Shown here piece after piece: positions 55,704 to 64,000 of a stretch of DNA of 64,000 bases. A program made the position numbers and the translations under genes. Source of the stretch: Eledone cirrhosa (lineage: Eukaryota). The stretch spans positions 18,414,001 through 18,478,000 of the forward strand of contig OZ024743.1 of assembly GCA_964016885.1 (NCBI GenBank), written 5' to 3'. Below the pieces are notes generated by a model. That model searched no databases. It had not been told where the DNA came from and saw only the letters and a list, made by a program, of their open reading frames with translations. How positions within the stretch are numbered: the first letter of the stretch is position 1; each line of letters starts with the position of its first letter.

Positions 55704-56479
55704 ATGTTGTCTAACCTACCCACAGATTAGGCAAATGGGAAGGGTAGTCGAGTAATTAAACGCACTGGCAAGCACTTTACATCAATTTATGAACTCCAGA
55801 CTGTTGAAAAGTCATTTAGTGGTTTACTACAGTAGAGAGAAAAAAACAACATATGATTTGGCCAAACACCTTTTTTTTTGTTCCGACTATCAGGCATATG
55901 TTTCATTCCTAAATCTGCATTTTAGGGTACAAACAGGCTGGGGATTGCATTCCTTGCGGCTACAAATGTCATATTTAAAACAAATGTTACTATGTCCCCC
56001 TTCATGTCATAATGCCAGCGAATAGACCAGTTCAGTTCTCCCATTGGTGTTTATAGCACTCGTTCTTCTATCTTCCACACTTTATCACTTTTCCTTCTTA
56101 ATCCTGTAAAGGAACGGATAAGCATGCGTGGCCTTACGATCCTGTTATGTTGTGGTATTTTGTACATAAAGAAGCACATTTGGTGTCTTTTAAAAGGCCA
56201 TGGCCGATGAATTAGATGAGGCCAATACTCATTTAGAAGGCACATCATTCGGATATGTTACTTAATTGTATAGACCTTCGAAGGAGAAAAATCCATAAGT
56301 ATATACAATATCAATTGAAAGGGAAATGTATGCAGGGAAAATCTTGTCTTGCTACTGCTATTCATGATTATAAAATATATGATATTGACAACATGGATTA
56401 TAGTTGTGACTGTGTTGTTCCAGGTGATGACGTTGGTGATGTATGCGACGTCATTATATTATATATTGTGTGCGTGTGA

Positions 56480-56665
56480 ATATGCTGTATCGGTATAGCG
56501 TCATATGCCATGCTTTGCAGCATAGATTTTCGGCCCTTTGAGGCGTCATTTCAAATACTGTCGAGGCTAACATTGCCTTTCATCCTTACGAGGTCGATCA
56601 AATAAAGCACCAGCAAAACTCTGGGGTAATTATTGGCGTTTTTGCCAAAAGTAGAAATAATTATA
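56480..56665 (+). mobile_element. Meta-type SINE copy, diverged
   Basis: GTATCGGTA...GCCTTTCATCCTTACGAGGTCGATCAAATAAAGCACCAG...GCCAAAAGTAGAAATAATTAT. Confidence 0.78.
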
Positions 56666-57243
56666 ATATGTAGAGTATATTTATTTTTAAACAAAAAAAA
56701 TATTGAATGGTTTAGTTATATGTAATGCTGAAAAACTAACGGTTTCATTTATTTCAATTAGGAGACTTATCTTTGAAATATTGGAACTGTGAACGGTAAA
56801 CAGTTATAGTTTTCTATCAATACTAACTTAAGTAATCTCCAAACATTCAAATAGACTACTATTTATATCATTACGTCTCGACACACATGCCCTTCATGCA
56901 GATTAGATTATTTCTAATAAATTCTATATTCAGTGTTATATAAAAAGCATCACTATAGCAAAATGCCTTAGTACACATGTACCTATTTTTTGATAACGAA
57001 TCAAAACATTTGAAATACAAGCATAATAACCAACAAAAATTTGAAAGTGCTATCACCACACAATAATTAGTTTCGCAGGTAAATTTCTAATTAAATAAAA
57101 TTATCGCTTTCATTGCCTATTATTTTCTTATTGGCGTTTATTTGTCCACGCATGCTTATGATTGTATGAGTATGTATGTATGTATGTATGTATGTATGTA
57201 TGTATGTATGTATGTATGTATGTATGTATGTATGTATGTATGT

Positions 57244-57550
57244 TTGCGCGGGGACATAGAAATAATCGGGCTGGATGCCCGATCGCGCAGTTAAACCACT
57301 GGGAGTGAAGAACCCCTAGCCCTTGTCAGGGTATTCTTCTAGGAGAAGGCATCTCAGGAAACTGGGTTAACTCCGATATAAAACCTGCGGCTCAGTAGTT
57401 ACCGATGATGTTGATCTTTTCTTCTTTTCGGGTTATAGCTACTGTCGCTCAGAGAGTGGGATTGGTTCAGTGCACAGTCTTTCCTCACTTTAAAAATATT
57501 CGTCACGCACAGGCATTGCACGAGTGCATTAATAATTATTAATAGTGTAC

Positions 57551-57586
<36 letters not shown>

Positions 57587-60500
57587 TATTATTACTTTTT
57601 TTTTTTTTTTTTCCCCAATTCAATGATGTTCCAGAACAATGTAAACGAGATAATTGCCAATTTGGGTTCTGGAACAAAAAGGATCATTGGCAATAAGGGC
57701 AGGGGACCCAAGTTATCACAACCTGGGCCCGCCCGTCATCGTGCCATTGTAATAGAGCCAAACAGGGCATTTAGTCTTGGCTGCTGGAACGTACGGACGC
57801 TGCTTGACAGGGATTCTTTGGAGCGTCCTGAACGAAGGACCGCTCTTGTTGCAAAGGAGCTTCGACGTTACGATCTTGACATCGTGGCTTTATCTGAGAC
57901 GAGGTTAGCTGGAGATGGTCATCTTACAAAATGTTGCGGAGAATATACATTCTTCTGGAAAGGAAGAGATGAAGGAACCAGAAGAGAGGCTGGGGTAGGA
58001 TTTGCTGTTAAGACTGTACTGGTGAATAAATTAGAAGAATTTCCAGTAGGGATTAGTGAGCGTCTTATGTCCATGAGAGTTCCGCTGGACAAGGGAAGAT
58101 ATGCTACCCTGGTGAGTGTGTATGCTCCAACTATGAATTCTGTCGATGAAGAAAAACTGTCCTTTTACCATGCCTTGAAAGGTGTTCTAAGAAATATCCC
58201 TCAGGCAGACAAAGTCATCGTGCTTGGTGACTTTAATGCTAGAGTGGGTAGGGATTTTAACACATGGAATGTAATCGGAAGGCATGGGGTGGGAAAGTGT
58301 AACAGCAATGGTATGCTCTTGCTGCAGGTGTGTGAGGAGCTGGATCTGTGTGTTACCAACACCATGTTCCAACAAAAGAACAAATTCAAGACCACATGGA
58401 TGCATCCTGCATCTAAGGAATGGCATCTTTTGGACTACGTCCTAGTCAGGATGCGTGACAGACAGGATGTGCAGTGTGTTCGTGTTCTTCGTGGAGCTGA
58501 GTGCTGGACGGACCACCGCCTGGTACGCGCAAAAGTGAATCTAATCACCAAACGTAAAATCCGGGCTCCTGGTGTTACCCTGCCCAAAAGATTGAATGCT
58601 GCTCGTCTTAAGGATAAAAATGTGAAGAGGACATTGGAAGAAGAGATGCAGGCTGCAGATCTTGGTGAGGATTGGCCGACCCTTAAAAAGTCGGTTTATG
58701 ATGTAGGCAGACGTGTTCTGGGATTGGTGCAGAGAAAACATCAGGCCTGGTTTAATGAGAATGATGTGCATATAGAGGACTTGTTGGCTGATAAGAGGCG
58801 TGCTCTGTCACGCTAATTGACGGCAAAACCACAGGAGAGGAATACGTTGCATGAGGAGCTCAGTGATGTACAATCACGTGTTAGGCGGAGTCTTTCTCAG
58901 ATGAAGGATCAGTGGTGGAGTGAGAAGGCTGGTGAGATACAAACTGCTTCTGATTGCAATAACACAAAGCTGTTGTACAGTCTCTTGCGTGAGGTTTATG
59001 GACCGTCTTCTTCTCTGGTGACACCGATTCGCAGCAAGGATGGCAAATAACTTATTCGTGACTCACAGGGAATTCTACGAAGGTGGCGAGAGCACTTTGA
59101 TGATCTTTTGAATCAGCCGTCTGTCGTCAGTGAAGATTTCCTCAATCTCATTCCGGAAAGTCCTGTGAAAGTAGCTCTCGCAGAACCTCCGACACTTGTG
59201 GAGGTTGCAGTGGCTATTTCGAAGCTGAACAGTGGAAGATCTCCAGGTATGGATGGCATACATGCTGAGCTCCTGCAATATGGTGGTGAGAGACTCCTGC
59301 AACATCTTCACTCTCTGTTTGGAAGGATATGGGCTAATGAATCCGTGCCTGAGGACTGGACAGATGCAGTAATGGTGGTCTTGTACAAGGGAAAGGGTAA
59401 CAGGAATGATTGTGGGAACTACAGAGGTATATCATTGCTTTCTGTCGTGGGGAAAGTTTTATGTAGGGTGCTTCTGGACCGTCTGCTGACACACATTGCA
59501 GATTGTGTCCTTCCAGAAAGTCAATCTGGTTTTCGTGCTGGACGCGGCACTACTGATATGATCTTCTCAGCTAGACAGCTCCAGGAGAAGTGCATTGAAC
59601 AGGGCTTGGATCTGTATCAGGTTTTTGTCGATCTGACAAAGGCTTTCGATACTGTCAACAGAGATGCATTATGGAAGGTTCTGCAGAAACTTGGTTGCCC
59701 TGATAAGTTCCTTGCTTTAGTTAGGTCTTTCCATGACGACATGAAGGCTTGGGTTAATGTCGGAGGTAACATGTCGGAGCCTATCTCAGTAAAAAATGGA
59801 GTGAAACAGGGGGATATTCCAGCACCGACCCTGTTTGCCATATACTTTGCAATGGTTTTCTGTATTGCATTCAGGAATTGCGAGCATGGTGTTTACATCC
59901 GATATCGAACCTCAGGCAGCATATTTAACATCAGGCGCTTTGCTGCGAAGACAAAAGTATTTACATCAGTCATAAGAGACCTCTTGTATGCAGATGATTG
60001 CGATCTTGTAGCGCACACAGAGAGTGATATGCAGCACATTTTGAATGTATTTTCTGACGCTTGCACTGCCCTGGGTTTGACTGTCAGTCTCAAGAAAACC
60101 GTCGTCATGTACCAACCTGCCCCTGGTAAGCAGTACACTGAACCAAACATCTATGTGTATGGCAAACGACTTGGAGTGGTTGATCAGTTTGTCTACCTGG
60201 GAAGCACTGTCAATCGATACGGCAACCTTGACGGTGAAATCTCACTTAGGATTAGGAAAGCAAGTGATGCTTTCGGAAAGCTAGAAAGGCGACTCTGGGG
60301 TCGGCGAGACATATGCAGGAGGACAAAGGTAAGGGTGTACAGGGCATGTGTACTATCTTATCTTCTTTATGCCTGCGAGACCTGGGTCACATATCGACGC
60401 CACCTTAAGCAATTGGAGCGTTTCCATCAGATGTGTCTCAGACGGATCCATGGCGTTCACTGGAGGGACCACATCAGTGATGTCGAGATTTTGGAAAGCT

Positions 60501-61284
60501 CTATGTGTGACAGTATAGAAGCTCTTGTGCTTAAGCAGCGACTCCGTTGGAGTGGTCACCTTGCCAGGATGAAGGATTCTAGAATACCAAAACAACTCTT
60601 CTATGGAGAGTTGGTTAAAGGAAAACGACCGCCACATAAACCAAAAAAGAGGTATAAGGATTCCTTGAAAGCCTCTCTGAAAGACGCTAACATCTCTGCT
60701 GATACATGGGAAAATATTGCTGCTGATCGTAATAAATGGAGAAAGACTGTATATGAGGGAAAAGTTGCCTTTGAGGCATCTCGAATCGCACACGAGAAAA
60801 TAAAGCGGGACGTGAGGAAGGGCATTGCTGTTGCACTTCCAGACGGCGAGGGTCCTCCTATGGTTCTGACATGCAGCGTCTGTGCGAGACTCTGCCTAAG
60901 CAAAGCTGGACTCGAAAGTCATCTTCGCAGTCATAAAGTAAGACCAGTGGTTGACTACCAGGCTGCTGTTGGAGATGCTACTCATCATGCTTGCCAAACA
61001 TGTGGTAGAGAATGTAAATCAGCAGGAGGACTCAAGCGACATGCAAAAGTACACGAACTCCAACCACAGCCGACTATTCCCAGTAAATGTTTTGGTTGCC
61101 GACTCTGTGCAAGACATTTTAGATCATTGGCTGGGCTAAAAAGCCACATTCGATCGCAGCACTGTTAGTTGCTATCGTGTGTGTGTGTGTGTGTGTGTAG
61201 ATATGCTTATGTGCGTGTGTGTGTGTGTATATATATATATGAATATGTATATTATTATTGTTGTTGTCGTTATTATTATTATTG

Positions 61285-61325
<41 letters not shown>

Positions 61326-61423
61326 ATTATTATTATTGTTACTAATGTATGTGTGTATATATGTGTGAGTGTATGTGTATGTATGTGTGTGTGTATATGT
61401 ATGTATGTGTATGTGTGTGTATA

Positions 61424-61475
<52 letters not shown>

Positions 61476-61581
61476 TATATCTTTTCCCTTTTTTTTTTTA
61501 TTTATTTATTATTATTATTATTTATTTTTTTTTTTTTTTCTTGTGCAATGGCCATACTCGATAACGAGGGGGCAGCCATCA
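57244..61581 (+). mobile_element. Full-length RTE-clade (BovB-like) LINE flanked by (TATG)n
   Basis: Structured 5' UTR, a single APE-RT ORF, and a microsatellite-filled 3' UTR ending GGCCATACTCGATAACGAGGGGGCAGCCATC. (TATG)n lies at ~57165-57243 and from 61581. Confidence 0.92.
57623..61168 (+). pseudogene. RTE ORF: APE + RT + three C2H2 zinc fingers; two in-frame TAA stops, no frameshift
   Basis: WNVRTL, ALSETR, SVYAPT, GDFNARVG, TDHRL; NYRGISLL, QSGFR, DLTKAFD, GVKQGD, LLYADD, YLGS; CSVC..H..H, CQTC..H..H, CRLC..H...H. The three track ORFs share one frame, with stops at 58814-58816 and 59048-59050. Confidence 0.93.
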
Positions 61582-62119
61582 TGTATGTATGTATGTATGT
61601 ATGTATGTATGTATGTATGTATGTATGTATGCATGCATGTATGTATGGATGGGTGGATGGATGGATGGATGAATGGATGGATGTACGTATGAATTTATGT
61701 TTTATGTTTGTATGTGTGTATGCCATTTTCTATGTATAATTATCTATGTTTTCCAAAAAACATCTTGCCTAAGCACTATCGAATTAGCGATGATATTTTC
61801 AAGTGCAAAACGTGTACAGGAAAGTGGCTTTATTAATAGTATATTTTCAGATATATACAAATTCTGTCGGAGTGAGGTATGCGCTATATATTAGTGATCT
61901 ACAAAAAACATTGAACTGTGATGATATTTAGAAGAGAAAATTGTGCACAATTCTTATTTTTCCTACTCAAAAGATATTCTTAGACAGGACGTTATCGTTT
62001 TGTAATGAGGATATATGTTATATATCGTTTTTTTCTATATATATATATGTGTATGTATCTATGTATGTGTTTATGTATGTATGTGTGTACATATGTATAT
62101 ATGAGTGTATGTATGTAAT

Positions 62120-62282
62120 GGCTTTTCACGTTCTGAGTCCAAATCCGGCAGAAGCCATCAATATATTTCACCCGTCCTCTGTCGAATGATATAACATACT
62201 AGTCATTTGCTGGAGTTGGTATAGTTGTATTTCTCTGCCCCCTAACCTGCTAGTCTAGAGCCTATAGTAGAAAGGAATATTA
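62120..62282 (+). mobile_element. Highly diverged Meta-type SINE remnant
   Basis: TTCTGAGTCCAAATCCGGCAGA...TTTCACCCGTCC..GTCGA...CCTATAGTAGAAAGGAATATT. Confidence 0.5.
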
Positions 62283-63510
62283 CTAACCATTATCATCATT
62301 ATTACCATGTATGGTGTCATGATGAAACAACTTTCAGTAGCCTCTCGTCTCCCTTATCGACGCTGTAGATTTTAACTGAACAATTCATATCCATTTGCTT
62401 ATTCACTAATCTGATTACAGGAACTGAACTATGACTGCTACATTAAAACCTACAATCTATTAATTACAATATCACCACCATTAATATTACTAATACGACA
62501 AGTGAGGAATCAAGAAGCTTAAAAATAGAATGAATGATTAAAGATAAAAAGCAAAAAGGAAATATAAACCCTCAGATGTGTTTAAAAATAAGAAGTTGTG
62601 TCACGCAAACTGCTGCTTACGATTTCATATTAGTAGCCTTAAAAGTCTGAAACCTGTATAAAGATTTCACAAGATGCAAATTAGTCAACAGTTATCTATT
62701 TTATTTTAGTGTTATGAAACTATAAAACACATTAACATAATTGATTTTCATTCCATAAACATTAATATTTCACATTAATTCATTAAAGTTGAATTGTGGA
62801 AATTATTCTCGCGATTATTTTTATTTCACTTTTCTCTTGCCTTCTGATATTTTTCTTGAATTTTTAAGAAATTGTAAATACCTCCACAAAATGACTAGTG
62901 CACTCTACGCTTTAAATGAGCGAACTGGTTATTTTGTTTATGCAGTCAAAAATTTAATACATTCCGTAAATGAAAAAAATGTATTATGATGGTTAAGTGT
63001 TGCCTTTATTGAACCGAAATAATTCATGTTAGATTTTACGGAATACGATGTTTGGTTTTGGTTTGATATTTTTCATGACTCCATATTATTCTTTACATTC
63101 CGGAGTTAATGGTAGTTCCATCTCTAATTTCCCGGCATAGCCACTATTGAAATTTCTTAATCTAAAAACATTAATATGAAATGCCATATATTATTATATA
63201 AAAATATTAACTAAGCTATGAGTGTGTTGTTCCCAAAAATATATGATCAAAGTTGTAAACCGGACACGAAACAAATCAAAGTATAAACTGATTATATAAA
63301 CGTCACATGAATTCTCCCCCATAACAGTTTCGTAATTACATTCTGAGTTTAGAAATTTAAATTGTAATTAACCACAATGCCCTTTAACATGCCATATTTG
63401 AACTTGAGTTTTCACAGTTTGCAGACTGTAACGGATTTTTAAATTGGGGAACTGTCCGCTATTTGATATACGCATATATATATATATATATGTATATGTT
63501 TGTGTGTGTG

Positions 63511-63598
<88 letters not shown>

Positions 63599-64000
63599 GA
63601 ATATATATCGTAAGTATCTTTGCAGTAACTAGTAGCTTTTTTATATATTTTAGACGAATTCGATATTTCGTAAATTATAAATATAAAAAGGAATGAAATA
63701 TTTTGTAATTCTATCAGAGTACGTATGACATCGACCATTCTATGCGAATGGAATGTTAAACATTGCTAATTGTGATCCGCATATTTTAAGTGTTGTTGGA
63801 AGCCTTCATCGTTTCATACTATTTTGTTTTGAACATACATTAAGCCTAACATATTTCCCTTGGACTTCGGAACCTTCAAGGTTAGCTTTTTTAAAGCTAT
63901 AGGCACGTGTGTAGATGACATCGCTTCGATATGGAAACATGTGATCTACTTTAATTACCATGATTATGAAGCGTTCCGAAAAAGTATTGGTAACCGTTAA

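Noticed and set aside
55330-56260. Possible piggyBac transposase remnants (acidic stretch; ...EYW...SDKVWKI...)
   Set aside because: The fragments lie on opposite strands, with no catalytic motifs, TIRs or TTAA TSD identified.

Overview
AT-rich, microsatellite-dense eukaryotic DNA. A mollusc, most likely Octopus, is inferred from the SINE and LINE repertoire; this is not proven. I cannot support any host gene, and most short ORFs in the track are translated (TA)n/(TG)n repeats. The window is a stack of transposons. It holds a full-length but decayed Helitron (2661-9087), a near full-length Tx1/L1 LINE (19424-25210), a 5'-truncated R4/Dong-type RLE LINE, and a near-intact RTE LINE with three C-terminal C2H2 fingers (57244-61581). 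It also holds at least three families of Penelope-like elements, tRNA-derived SINEs and a hAT MITE. The most interesting layer is non-coding: many fold-back insertions in (TA)n, from 94 bp to 5.5 kb, carry minimal hammerhead-ribozyme-like motifs. One of these is a recurrent non-canonical core (UUGAAAA...GCAA-CCGG-UA). Each TE class also sits in its own type of microsatellite. All calls are by eye; no searches or folding were run.
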